64,000 nt of DNA from Chrysomallon squamiferum (lineage: Eukaryota; Animalia; Mollusca), in the NCBI GenBank assembly GCA_012295275.1, contig CM022671.1, forward strand, positions 14,322,001 to 14,386,000. Direction: 5' to 3'. A program made the translations under genes and the position numbers. The notes beneath the pieces are model-generated. The model saw only the letters and a program-made list of their open reading frames with translations. It was not told the DNA's origin and did no database searches. Of this stretch, positions 39,309-52,259 are shown piece after piece. The stretch's first letter is position 1. The number at the start of each line of letters is the position of its first letter.

Positions 39309-41491
39309 AATGTATAAATATAAAACAACAAATGAACTATATTATTATTAAAGTTCTGTGTGTACAAGATAGCTGATATATTTTAACACCCTGTGATTTG
39401 CTTACACTTCTTTCATTTTCTTCCTCTCTTTCCTGAACAAAACATCAGCCCACATGTAAGATCTAAGTTTTCCTGGCAGCTGTCTGCCATGAAGTCGACC
39501 TGCTACGTGTTCAAATTTGCGTGGATCGTGCTCCAAGATGGCCACAACGGAGCTTCCAATAGTATCACTCTGAGGACCCCACAGAGGTGGTGGGTCACCT
39601 TCGAGATTGTGAATTGTACCTGTACAATAATAATAATAACAATTAAAAACAGTTAACAACGACAACAGCAAACAAAAATGTGATTGGTCTTTTGAACAAG
39701 AAAGGAACAAAAGATAAAAAATTCATATCAACTCACTTTTGATTTGAGAGGTAGAAGGTTTCACTGTGGATGCAGCAGATTCGCCAGATGTCGCAGAAAC
39801 TGGTTTCACTCTACTTGGAGCAGGCACCTTAAATTCTGGATATTTTTTCTTCTTGGCCAAATATTCTTTCTTTTTTTGCTGAAAAAATTAGTATTAAAAA
39901 TTATTATTTTTTAACATGTACAAACTGTCAAAACAAATTTGTTGTCTTTCTATTATGTGATCATTTCATTTTGTTTCCATACCAACCTTTGCTAATAATA
40001 AAATATGATTGAAAAAGATGAAATTTTTCACACCCCTTTTTTATATAAATCAATTATTGATAGTTCAGTATAACATTTTGTGTCTAGTCTGTTTTAATTT
40101 CCAATGTAACAAGCATAGTACTTACTGTCAGCTGCTGTTCTTGCAGATAGAGCTCTCTGTCAAGTCCATTGATAAACACACCAAATGAATGCTGCAAAAA
40201 CTCTGAATATCCAGCAGGTGATTTGTCACTACATTAAAAAAATATTAATAATTAAACTTATTTTAACCAATGGAAGGCTCATTTTAGTTTTTTGTGACCA
40301 AAAACTCACATATATAATATGACTTTTCAAAATTAAAATTAGGTTATGTTAAAGAAAGTAAATTTATTAATAAAAAGTTTACATTAAAACACATTAAAAA
40401 CACTAAGCCTCATTAAGTTTTAATTACTAATATTTTCACACTACCAATCTCACATTATTTATGTGATTTGGACTGAACATTTACCCTGCTGCCACTTCAT
40501 TAAGCATCCTTTCATAGCCCAGTTCTTTAACAGCTTTATACATCTGACTGTTGAGCCATGACTGAGCTTCAACCAGCAGCCTCTTTCGCTCTTCACCAGT
40601 CATGTTAGGTGGCTCCTGTAAGACACAGCATATGCTGCAGATTCACTATTCAAAACTAATCTCAGTAGGGCATTCAAACAAAAATCACATGAATATGTGT
40701 TATTATAGGTATTTTTTTTTAAATTTATATATATGTATATATGTTTTGTTACAAACAAACTGAATCACAACAATCTTTTATAATAAGTTAAACAGTAATT
40801 TCAGTTTGAAATTATCTTTTCTCCTACTCATTTTATTGTCTAATACTAATATGTTGTACAGGTTCAATGCTTACCAAAACTTGAGGCTTTCTTTTTACTG
40901 TTGGCAAATACTGTTCTAAAAACTCCCCACCAAGAACATCTAACAATGCTTCTTTCCTATCAGCATGGTCAAACTGCTTTTCAACTTTCTTTGCTAAATC
41001 TTTAGCAATTAGCTTTTCAATCTGTCATAAAGAATATTTCTCTATTTTCATATTGTTCAGTGAGGATTTTTTTTAATAATCTATATTTCATTCAGTATCA
41101 GAGATAGTTAGAATTCTTAAACATTCAAGTTGTAATTAAAAAAAGAATAAAAAAGACGTTTAAAGGAGATAGAATCTTAAATTTATTAAAGTATAAATTA
41201 ATAACGTATACAATGAAAATAATATATTCTCTATCATAAGATGACATTATGAACTGAATTATTTTTATCACCTATAGAAAGATTGAATAAAGAAGTATAA
41301 CTCTCATTCCTTATACATCTAAATCTCATCTAATTAACAGCATTTATTTCAACTATCTAAAACTGTTTGCTCACTTTGTGCCATGGAGCATCAGGCAACA
41401 ATGTCTGCTGATAGCAGGAGTTCAGCCACTGCAGGTGGAAAGGTCTTTCTTCGTTTGGCTGTTTTGATGCGATTCCAGGCATCTTTATCAT
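28928..41491 (-). CDS. Uncharacterised ~1,400-aa protein: helical N-terminus + degenerate TBC (Rab-GAP)-like domain + ~3 C2-like domains; ~27 exons; one apparent frameshift
   Basis: Phase-consistent exon chain from ATG 41491 (or 41482): 41491-41375, 41021-40875, 40615-40485, 40228-40126, 39878-39737, 39619-39406, 39194-39071 ... 32968-32813, 32464-32297, 32076-31912 ... 28966-28928 (TAA). TBC-like motifs LPGKLRSYMWADVL, QSDPELHDHL, FLRRWIGEGFVSVLDTPGVMYVWDQCFMQGW. C2-like motifs VGWARIPLF, FDFYIDSVRFIPDN, LFLIRVYSVD, ILGWAAVPLFEG. Confidence 0.8.
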
Positions 41492-41864
41492 GCAGTATTA
41501 GCAGTGAATCCAAACTGCAAATTCTGTCTGAGAAAATCTTATCTTGCACCCAAGTTGAAAAACGTAACAACTGTCAATTTATAACAAAGCTGTCTGTTCT
41601 TTTGTTTTATTAAACTGCAGTACAACAGCAATAACAACATTAAATATTTTTAAATATGCAAATCAAGCATATTTGTTACAAATATTATACCACAAATCAA
41701 CTTGTTTTTTATTCAAGTGGAACGTAACAACAGAAACTAAAACATCCACAGGTATAATTTGTACATACATGATAAGTACGGAGTAAAATTCAGATAAAAT
41801 ATTTACATCTCTGATATTGTAAATGATTATGTACACAGTATGAGTCTGATAGTCCTATGTAGAA

Positions 41865-44699
41865 TCAATTGAGTACAGCTTGTAAATCTGGTGGATTTTC
41901 TCCATAACAGTATTTTGCTTTAGGATCACGATATGAATTTTCATGCTGGACACTCTGCAACATAAAAAATAAAATATTAGATTAAAAGTATTAATAGACA
42001 TTTCATAATTTCAAAACATTATAAACAGTAACTAATTCTGGCAATTAAAATGCAGAAAAAATAAGGTAACAATATGCAACAAATTGTTACATTTATCAAA
42101 ACTGGACTGTCTCTGATAGAAGGCACTGTAGTGTTAAGTAAATCTAATAAACTGTGTTTCACCTGAGAAGATGTCCGACACTTCAGTAAACACAGTTCAA
42201 AGTGATCTTCTACGAAAGCAAATGGGTTAAACGGTTCATTGCTAGCTTCTTTTAAAATCCTTGATAATAGTGTTTGCTGAAATAAAACAAAACAAAGTTG
42301 TTTTACAGACACAGAATAAGACTTAGGTATTAATATTAACAAACTAAAATTTTTTTAAAATATCACAAAATACATGTATGTATCCATAAAAAAATAAAAA
42401 ATAAAAACAAATTGGAAAATTAACATTTTAAATAATCTAAATAATTTGAAGTGTACCTTTGGTGACACAAAGGAATAATCTCAAGATGTTTTCCATACTT
42501 CCATGTTATTATTAATTTTTTTTTTTTTTTTTTTTCCACCATTCTAAGCTGGTAATGTTAATTTTATAATTCTTTCCTGAAAACATTTTTTCAGTTCTCC
42601 TGGATTTAAAAATACCCTGTCTACAACAGTAAATTTTTCATTGATTTGGAAAAATAAAAAAGTAAATAAATGTACTAACAGGTTAACAAAATTATTAATA
42701 ATACAAAAAGTTTCAAGAAATAATATACTTTGTCTGGTTGCAGACAGCAGGAAATGCAATACTCATAAACAGCACAACACTTGTTTGTCAGACAGCTCTC
42801 ACAGTGGTATCGTTTACTAGAAGTTGCACGCACATTACAACAATCACCAGGACCAAGATGTTCACGTTTGCAAACATAACCTGACAAAATATATATTAAA
42901 ATAAATCAGTACACAGTGTTCTTTAACAACCTTAGACTATAGATCAATACTCATCTTATTAATAATGCTAGTTAATTTAGATATTTATTATCAAAAATAA
43001 TTATGTAGCTAAATACAGATGATATAAACTGTTAAAACGATAGACTCATACTGATCTTATTAATAAGACTGGTAAATTATAATATTTGTTACCAAAAATA
43101 CTAATGCAGCTAAGTTATAAACTGTTATAAAAAATCTGAATAAAAATTAATATTTGCAACATTTTAGCTATATTGTTTTAAACATATTTCACAAATTTGA
43201 AAATTGATATTTAATTGATACTTCAAGCTAAATAAAAATATCTTACCCCTTTCATCTGCTATGAGATGAATGCCTTGTACAGAGTTACGGCACTTGAACA
43301 CTTTTGTATTATTGCCAACTTTCTCTGGCTCATCAGGGACTTTTGGCTGCCATTGAAACGGTTTCCTCAGAGTTTGCTTCACCTCATATTCATCAAGGAC
43401 AAGATCTCTAGACTAAAAAAAATATATATATAAAACTATAATTATGGTTAACAGGCTTCAAAAAAAATATTACATATATAATCACTCAAATCAGGACATT
43501 TTTAACAAATTTCATTTTAAATTTCACATACATGACCAAGTTATAAAATCAGTCACATGGACCTGGTGTATTTGTTTCTATGTGCACCTGTATCTATGTG
43601 TAAGTAAAGGCATTTTTTTTTGTTTTTTAACAGCTGTACAAGGTAAACTCAGCATGTTTGAAATTGAAATAAAGAAAAAGTTGTTTAAAAGAAGTATAGA
43701 AAGAGTAGATAAAGGTGGTAGGGAAAAGAAATTATGTTGGTGAAGAAGGGTTCACAAACTGTGATGTAACAGGTACAGCTTATCCAGCAGACATTAAGCA
43801 ATGTTTTATCTTATACGCATAGTTTGCAGCACTACTGAACTGTTAATGGAGGAATTTTTGTAATGAAAATGTGCAGAAACTGTATTTTTGTATTATTTAC
43901 ATTTATAAACTTTTGCACATGGATATATGTTTCAAAACAAAATATTTAGTGATAAAATCTGTGTGTGTGTGTGTGTGTGTGTATGTGTGTGTATGTGTGT
44001 GTATATATATAATTTTGTGCTTATTTTATTGACATGGGGTAATAAAATAATATATATTTGTAATTTTATATACAGTGTTAGTTAAAACTTAAACCTTTTA
44101 AATTTAGCTCATTATATACTGATAGTGATAATGCAACTGGCCGATACAACAGGCATTATTAACTTAAAATTCAAAATGCCTGAAATAGTCGGATGCTAGG
44201 TTTATAAGTCCTATTACAACGCTAAAATGATAATTACAATATCTCATTGACACAGAGAAATTCCGTACAGATTCTTATATCTGAAATCCTTTCATTTTAT
44301 CAAATTACTGTTTCCCTTGGACGTCGCCATCTAATGTATTTGTAGTCGGTTTATACTACACAAGTTACTAATGATCCGTGTCATTCATACTAGCATAACT
44401 AAATTTCATCTGTCACTACCGCTAGTAGTGCTAAAGACATATAATATAATTATAATATATACTGATTATTATTCTTAAAGTTCTTAGTTTGAGTTTGGTG
44501 GTCAAACCCCCAAACTCCAACCCTTATTTAAATAACAATAAACTGATATCTTGCATACTAATTTTATAATGTATCAGTAAATTAAAAACATATTCATTGT
44601 TTTTACCTTTGAAAATACAGAAACCAAGAAATACAAGAGGGAACTTATAAAAATAGCACCTAACACCCAGCGTTTTCGAAACACTCGGGTGATAAACAT
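41865..44699 (-). CDS. SPRING1: SREBP-regulating gene protein SPRING (C12orf49), 5 exons, 204 aa
   Basis: Exons 44699-44607, 43412-43247, 42880-42729, 42276-42163, 41954-41865 (615 nt). RKRWVL plus TM anchor, [72 protein letters not shown]. Confidence 0.97.
42935..43130. repeat. Diverged ~90-bp tandem duplication in SPRING1 intron 2
   Basis: ATACTCATCTTATTAATAA..GCTAA..TATAAACTGTTA occurs twice. Confidence 0.7.
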
Positions 44700-45055
44700 T
44701 GGTATCGTAACATTACACAGAGTCAGCATATACTTTGTTAGTTTGTATATTCGTACTTGAATGTGAAATTTCTACCATTCTTGTAGCTGTATCAGTAAAT
44801 TGTTTTTATTAATGATACTGTTAATTTGGATATCGCTTTAAGGAATTACATTGTTTGTGCGAAAGTCTAAATATTTATGATAGCTTTGATTAAAGATTAT
44901 TAGTGTAGATATGAAGCTATTTTCGATTGGCTTTCACCGCTAAGTTAAACCAATGGAATATGGTCTTTCATACAGTGAAATAATGTAGACGGAATTGAGA
45001 AAAATGAAACTTTAGCTATGTTACGTATGTAGGAACTTCATAAGGAAGTTACCAG
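44700..45055. promoter_or_regulatory. Bidirectional promoter SPRING1 / RNFT
   Basis: Oppositely oriented CCAAT boxes (ATTGG 44926-44930, CCAAT 44950-44954); ETS-like CGGAA 44990 and GGAAGT 45044; probable RNFT 5'UTR intron from the GT at 45056 to the AG at ~45652. Confidence 0.65.
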
Positions 45056-45694
45056 GTGTTTGTTTTACATTGTAATGATAATGATAATATTGTCCATTTG
45101 TCACCTACAATAAATGGAATAATATAAATGTAAGCAATTTAAAGACTCATTATGCTGACACCAGTAATATTGCTTTTAATAAAAAATAGATTTAATATTA
45201 AACGTGACGTATGATTATTATTTTTTTTTTTAATATGACATCAACTTTTAAGATTAAAGAAAAATTCAGTATTGACAGATCTGTGAATTCATACTGTCTT
45301 AGATAAAACAAAACAGCATATCCTCAAACCATTTGCACAATAACTTGTAAGGAAAACGGAATTACAGATGATGATGAAATATATGTCGATTGTCATGTCT
45401 AAACTTAAAAATAATATATATATTTTTGGATGATGATAAAATGATTATTTAATTGCTAATTTACTTTTTTAATTAATCATATTCTTAATTATATTGGTGG
45501 TCATTAATAAGTCTTATATGTATGAACATTTTGTCAATTTAAAAAAAAAAATTTTTTTTTTTTTTTTTTTTAATTATTGTTATTATCATTATTTGTTGTA
45601 GTAATAGGAGGAATATTAAATTTTATTTCTTTTATTTATAAACTGCTCTCAGGTGAATTTTTGTACTGAAAATAGTGGTTGTCATTAACTGAAA

Positions 45695-48600
45695 ATGCCA
45701 GAAAGTAATCCTTCAAGTGGGCCACCATCTGAACAAACATTAACATGGAGGATTGGAAATTTTGAAGTTCCTTCAGTTATTGGACACAATTTTAGTCAAG
45801 GGATTTTACAAAATATACCATCACATTTAAGTGGAGCCCAGACAACAGCAAACATGCACAGACTTCCGTCAGCTGTTGTTTCAGAACCCTCAGTTGTATT
45901 GAACATGCCAGCTGAGCCTTCCCAGTATACCCACACTGAACGATCCAGTGTTGTCAGATTTCCTGTAGCTTACACACTTTCGCATAATCATTCTAATAAT
46001 GGGGTTCAGGATGAAAATCAAAACGGTAATTTTGACACACTCCAATCTGCTGCTGCTGGACATGCACACAGACTTCATGGAAACGGTTTGAATGAAACCC
46101 AGGATTGGAGGCCGTTCATAGAATGGTTGCAGAAAGCTGGAATATTCTTTGTGATTCTCTTTGTTAAACTGATTTATGATCATAGACTAGGTAAGTAATA
46201 CATGAGGATTCCAAAGTATTGTTGAATCGTGAACTGATTTCAATAAAATAAATGTTTATAAAATTTATAAACAAATTATATAATATATGCTTCTGAGGTG
46301 AACCTAATTTCTCTGAAATAATATATAGATTTGGGATTTGAATATCTGTAAGTATACTTGTGTTTAACTTTCATTTTGGGGAAATTCTTGGTGAAGACAT
46401 TAAAAATCTTGATGAAATGGGACAGTTCAGACTATTCTGTAGTATTAATTTTATGTGTGTTTGTGTGTGTAAATATATCTCAGTTTTATTTTTTATTTTA
46501 GGGGTATTAGTATTTCTCGGTCTTGGAGGAACATTCTACTATGCAAATATGAAACTTGTACATTTTATCCATCAGTCTGCAGTAAGGGTAGGTTGGCCAT
46601 TGTTTTCTACACACAAGCACATATTTATTTTTTGGAATTTTAAAAATTACATTTTATCATACAACAATACACAGCAGTTTATTTTTACCCATAATTAAAA
46701 ATGTACAAGAATAGTAAAAGACTACTCTGAGTAATAACCATGTAACAATTAATGTTATATATTTTTGATATTTAACATATTTAATATTTTAACAAAGAAT
46801 GAATAAATTTAGTATTTAGCTTATCAGGTAAACTATATAATGACAAGAAATCATGCACTTATTTTATTTTATTTAAGGAAACTCGTTCCAGATGTGCTAT
46901 ATTTCCATGGCAATCTGTATGGCTTGTGATATTCTTGTCTTCTAACATTGGGATGATTTTCTCTGTCTTCCGACATCAGCGTTTGTGGAATATGTAAGTA
47001 TTATTAATTACCTTGTAATTCTGTTTTATGTGTTCTGTCTGCCTCTGTAGTAAAAAAAAATTTAATATATTATATTGCATATCTTAGAATATTTGCATTG
47101 TAAAATATCAGCATTGTCATGAAGCCCAAGCTTGCTGATAAATTTCAGATTTATCGATTACTTTAATGTTGTTGTTTTTTTCCCATAGAAATGAACAAAA
47201 CATTCATAAAAATGTATTTAGGACTTACTATTATTTTATAGATTTTTAAAAATGTTATTTTATTTCGTCACTACACAAACCACAAACAATGGCAAAGTAT
47301 TTTAAATCTTTGAAATAACTTTTATAACTTACGATCTTACTATGTGCTGCATATTGTAGGTTGATCATGAAAATGCCAAATTTTGAGACAGTAGATTTCT
47401 GGGTTCTTCTTTGGGTGGTACTTCTCACAGACTACATCATCAAGTTTGCTACAATTGTTGTCAAAGCACTCATGTCTTTGATTCCTCAGACATGCCTGCC
47501 TCATCGAAGAAGGGTAACTTTAACATATTTTTTGTGAAGTGAATGATATTTTTTAGAGTCAGCTAGATTATTATTATTATTACAAAATTAATCATTATAA
47601 TTATCAGGATGTTTATAACTATTCGGCAGTATATTTGTTAAACTACACAACAAAATAGAATGATTTTTATATATATATATATATATAAATTATGTTTTGA
47701 TTTAAGTCGAGTAACGCTTCAGACAGGAATTCTTATTTTTCATTATCAAGATCACAGATATCAACATTTCAGTTTTAATTAACCAGTGATATCTATCCCA
47801 GATCCAACTTCAGATTTACATTTCTCATTAAGATGTCAGTTAAATTAATATTTATTTGTTTTTAATTGTATTAATAAATTATTTTTGCTTTTCAGGGCAA
47901 ATATTTTATGTTTGTGGAGCACTTGTCACAGTTTTACAGAAACCTGACTCCCATTATTCCATGGATTCACTTTTTATCTGATGGAGCAGACACTGGTCGA
48001 TGGTTTTCAACATTTCTCATCATTGTATATATGATTTTTAAGACAAATAATATCTGGGGAATGTCATCTGCTTTGAAAAAAGCTTTCCAGAGACTTCGAG
48101 TAAATACCGTAAGAGTTTTATTTTATGTTATGTTTATTTTCCCACTTACACTGGCATGAACAATATTTTGTAATAAATTCATATTGATTAAATCATCTAT
48201 AAGTATGTGTAATGATGAAATAAAAAATGTGACATTTTCAGGCATTTGGTATCAAACCTAATTCTGAAGATCTGAAATGTCGAGGAGATCCCTGTCCTAT
48301 ATGTCAAGATGATGTCAAAGATCCTGTCATGTTACCTTGCAAGGTGAGACATCACTAGTTAGATCACATTAAAATTAATATATAACTGATACACAGTTCA
48401 TAATTTAAAAGCAGTCCTAGTTTCACAGTGAAAAATACAAAAAATCTTACCAGTAAAACAAATATCTGCTAAGCACTATATCACCTCTCATTATTTGTAC
48501 TATTCCTAACTATTTGTATGGTGCAACACAACCTATGTTAGAACTATGTTGAATACCAATCCTGAAACTTCAAGGGAGATAAATCTATGTAACATAATAA

Positions 48601-48796
48601 CAAGACTGTCACTACAAAAACAGTACATCTGACTTTATCTTATTCTAATAATTATTACTTGCAGCACATATTCTGCGAGGATTGTGTTTCTGTTTGGTTT
48701 GACCGAGAAAGAACGTGTCCCATGTGTCGTGCAGAGGTTACTGAAAACCCAGTCTTCCAAGATGGCAGCACAAGCATGCATTTACAGTGGTACTGA
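45695..48796 (+). CDS. RNFT2: RING finger and transmembrane domain-containing E3 ligase (RNFT1/RNFT2 pro-orthologue), 7 exons, 432 aa
   Basis: Exons 45695-46190, 46502-46587, 46878-46993, 47360-47513, 47896-48108, 48242-48343, 48665-48796 (1299 nt). Several TM segments ([49 protein letters not shown]) and C-terminal [48 protein letters not shown]. Confidence 0.93.
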
Positions 48797-49683
48797 GCTG
48801 CTTCTGTTGCCTTCACATTTAACTCAGCTCGCTTACATTTTGTATTTATAACTGTCTTTTAAGTAGAGGAAATAATATGAACCACACAATAAGTTATCAA
48901 GTTGAACAGTCATGTAGAATTACACTTTTTTAATTTAAAGTAGTACAGACTGCAGTGAAGGATTTGGTTGCTTTAAAAACAAAACAAAAAAACACACGTT
49001 TTTTTTTTTTCTTTTCTGTATTACCATTATTGACGTTATTTAAAACAGAAGATTTTGGGTCTGGTTTAAAAATCTATTTTTTGACGAATTATCTGCAAAT
49101 ATTCGTATTATAATTTTAAGTTTTGTTCTAATTGTCATGACTGTGATATGAAAATAAACAAATGTTATCAATATATCATGACTATGTAATTAATTAATGT
49201 AGTATCTGTGTTTATGTTGAATGAACAAATTCAGTAACATTTAACTGTTGAAAATTTCAAATCAGTTATGGGTTCACAATTACAGAAATGGGAAGCCCTG
49301 TCAATGAATGGATTTAACTTTAAATGTCATAAATAAAATAAGAAATATGGGTTTGTTGGAGAAAATCTTCATTATTATTATCTTGTACTGATTATTTTGA
49401 TAAAGAATTTATTTTTAAATTATTGAATATTATTCTGTTTTAGTATTGATTCGCTACAGGTTCATTTGCATTGGTTATGGAAATGTGTACACTGTTGTTG
49501 AAGCTTAACAAATAATGATTGTTTGGCAAATTCAGATTAATTGCATTTTTTGAAGATTAATTACATAATTCGATCTATTATAGCAGCCAACAAGGCGTCA
49601 GAAACCATGAACGGCTGCATAAGGACAGACTTCGAAATTTCAGATCTGTAAAACTCGACATTCAACAATATTTTTACTAAAAG

Positions 49684-49719
<36 letters not shown>

Positions 49720-52259
49720 AAATATTATAGTAAAAAAAAAAAAAAAAAAACCTTTTTATTGAAATTTTAAAACATTGTTTAGATTTATTTTAAAGAGTTT
49801 TGTCATACATAACTGAGATATGTCATAAACTCATATTTTAAGCGCCAGCACTGAACCGATATAAGAAGTATTGCCTATCGTTTTTATTTTAAGAAGCATT
49901 CTTAGACCATTACGAGATTCACAATACAGTTACGGTTATAGATTAAAAAAAATAAAAAAATAAAAATAAATATTGAGATTAAAAAATATATTTTTACGAC
50001 TCAGAACTGATAAATAAAACACGTAATTTGATAATAGAGAAAACTATTTTTCCGTATGAAAAATGTAGACCTATATTATTCTATTAGTTTCTCTTTTAAT
50101 TAACCAATGTTATGGGAAATTCTTTTTTTCGCTCTGTAATGGAAGGAATAATGATCTCTACTAGTTTTTGTCTTATATATATAATTAATATTATTTTTCT
50201 TCTTCTTCTTATAATTATTATATTATTTTACACACACACACAATCATATTATTTTTTATTTATTTATAATCAATAACTCGGATTAGCAACGTAAAAAAAT
50301 AAAAGATCGATTAATGTGCCTTTGTCGAATGTATTTAAAGCAGGAAGAAACTACCTGTTGTATACAAAAATTAGAGAGTAAATAATTATAGAACTCCACT
50401 TTTGATCTAGACTTTCATCAGGTAATATTTTTCGCAGCTATTAATATAAATTTCACGTCAGTACATGACTTGAGTCTGCGAATTGTTTGTTTACGATGAA
50501 CTACCGTATTTCATTAATATCATTCAAACAACAATTCGTTGCTTGCTAGCTTAAATATAGAGTATTTTTCTTTGATACATGAAAGGTGCTATTCATTTGC
50601 CATATGTAAACACTGCCAACTACTTTAACAATGGTCACACATAGTACTTGACCTTAGTCTTGTTTTGTAGCTCATGTTGTCCCTGACATCATGTTAATAC
50701 CGTCAAACAGAGAGCACAGCCTTTCTTTAGAGTTTATATCAACATCATAAAAATAATTACCAATAATCTGTAACTGCATGTTGAAGAATAGACAAATATA
50801 TGTGCTTTGTAAATGCTATTAAAACTAAAAGTGTAATTAATAAATATTTTCATTTACGTTTTACAGTGTACACTAATATACTATGCATAGTTTTGCAGTT
50901 GTAGGCCTATTACATAAATGCTGAAGTGTATGTGTGTGCATCAGTTTTCATAGTTAAATATTATATGAAAGACACGAAATACAACTTTGGTATTTATTTT
51001 AGTTATTAAAAATATTAAATCATCAGTTTTACTGATATCTTATTACTCTGTATGCGGTCTTCTGAAGTTCAGTTAATGATAAAAGAAATATGGCTAATAA
51101 TAAAATACAAAATAAATAAAATAAATACTTAACGGTTTAAATATTATTTTACTGGAAAAAAGTGTTAATATTATATTAGATTGACAGTACATAAACTGAT
51201 GGTTTAATAAACGTGTATTAAAAGCGTTATTTAAAAAAAAAAAAAAAATTGTTAATTAAAAAAATATATTTGGATTTAATTTATAGGTTCTGCTAAAAAC
51301 GTAAACAAAAAACACCATAAACAGTCCAAAATTTATAATCTACAATAAAAAAAAAACAACAAACAAACAAACAAACTAAACAACAACATATTCATAATCA
51401 CGTATCACGCAAGCTTAGTCAGTTTTCATTCCTTTGTCGACAACTTCGTGTTTTATTGGCAGTGCCAGTGATATGTTACATCAGTGAGTTAAAACTAGTT
51501 TGGCATTTTCCGAGGATCAATATGTCGATTTCAATTGTAACGACAATAAGCTGTAGTTGCTACATGGTCAGATTTTTCTCTGGTATTTCTGTGCGGCGAG
51601 GGCTATGAACTTATTATTAACTGATAATGGATTTGATCGTCGACTCGTGTGGGTGACGTCTGGAAGACGTTGTTTATCAACAGCAGTTTAAATCTTGTTA
51701 ATTTACCATACAGACAGCCTTGTACCATTTGTTTGCCTTCCTGACTGGAATATGACATATCTGTTTCAAAATATTTACTTATGTATTTTTTTTAAAGGAA
51801 AAGTAAGTAATATATTATGTTCATAGACATTATCTACAGTACAAGATAGTTAACAACGTTTAGGAAAGAGATCACACTTGTTGGTCGCGATATGTTCAGC
51901 CCGCTTTAGTTACTATCTTAACTTTTCCGTGAAACGAGTTGTTGGACATGAAACGATCCAGAATATTCTTCATATTTATTTGTCCGTGCACAAAGAGACA
52001 GTTGCTGTTGTTCAAACAAAATCAGAAATAATAACACGACTCCAGCATAGCGGTTTGTATAGATGTGTTCAACGTTATTAACTGAGAAATGACATTCGTA
52101 CCAGAAAACTGATATTGGCACATTCATAAAAACTTCACGAGCCACAATAGATAAAAATTTCTAATATTACAAAATAGCAGGCAAACGTTTCTGTATTTGA
52201 AGAAAAGATTTTTCTTAAACTTTTAAAAGGATAACAGAATAATTATAAAAAGTAAAATA

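Noticed and set aside
41383-41613. Plus-strand 76-aa ORF
   Set aside because: Antisense to exon 1 of the TBC/C2-like gene.
51017-51206. Imperfect inverted repeat suggesting a MITE
   Set aside because: Short, AT-rich and gapped, with no clear target-site duplication; cannot be supported without copy-number data.
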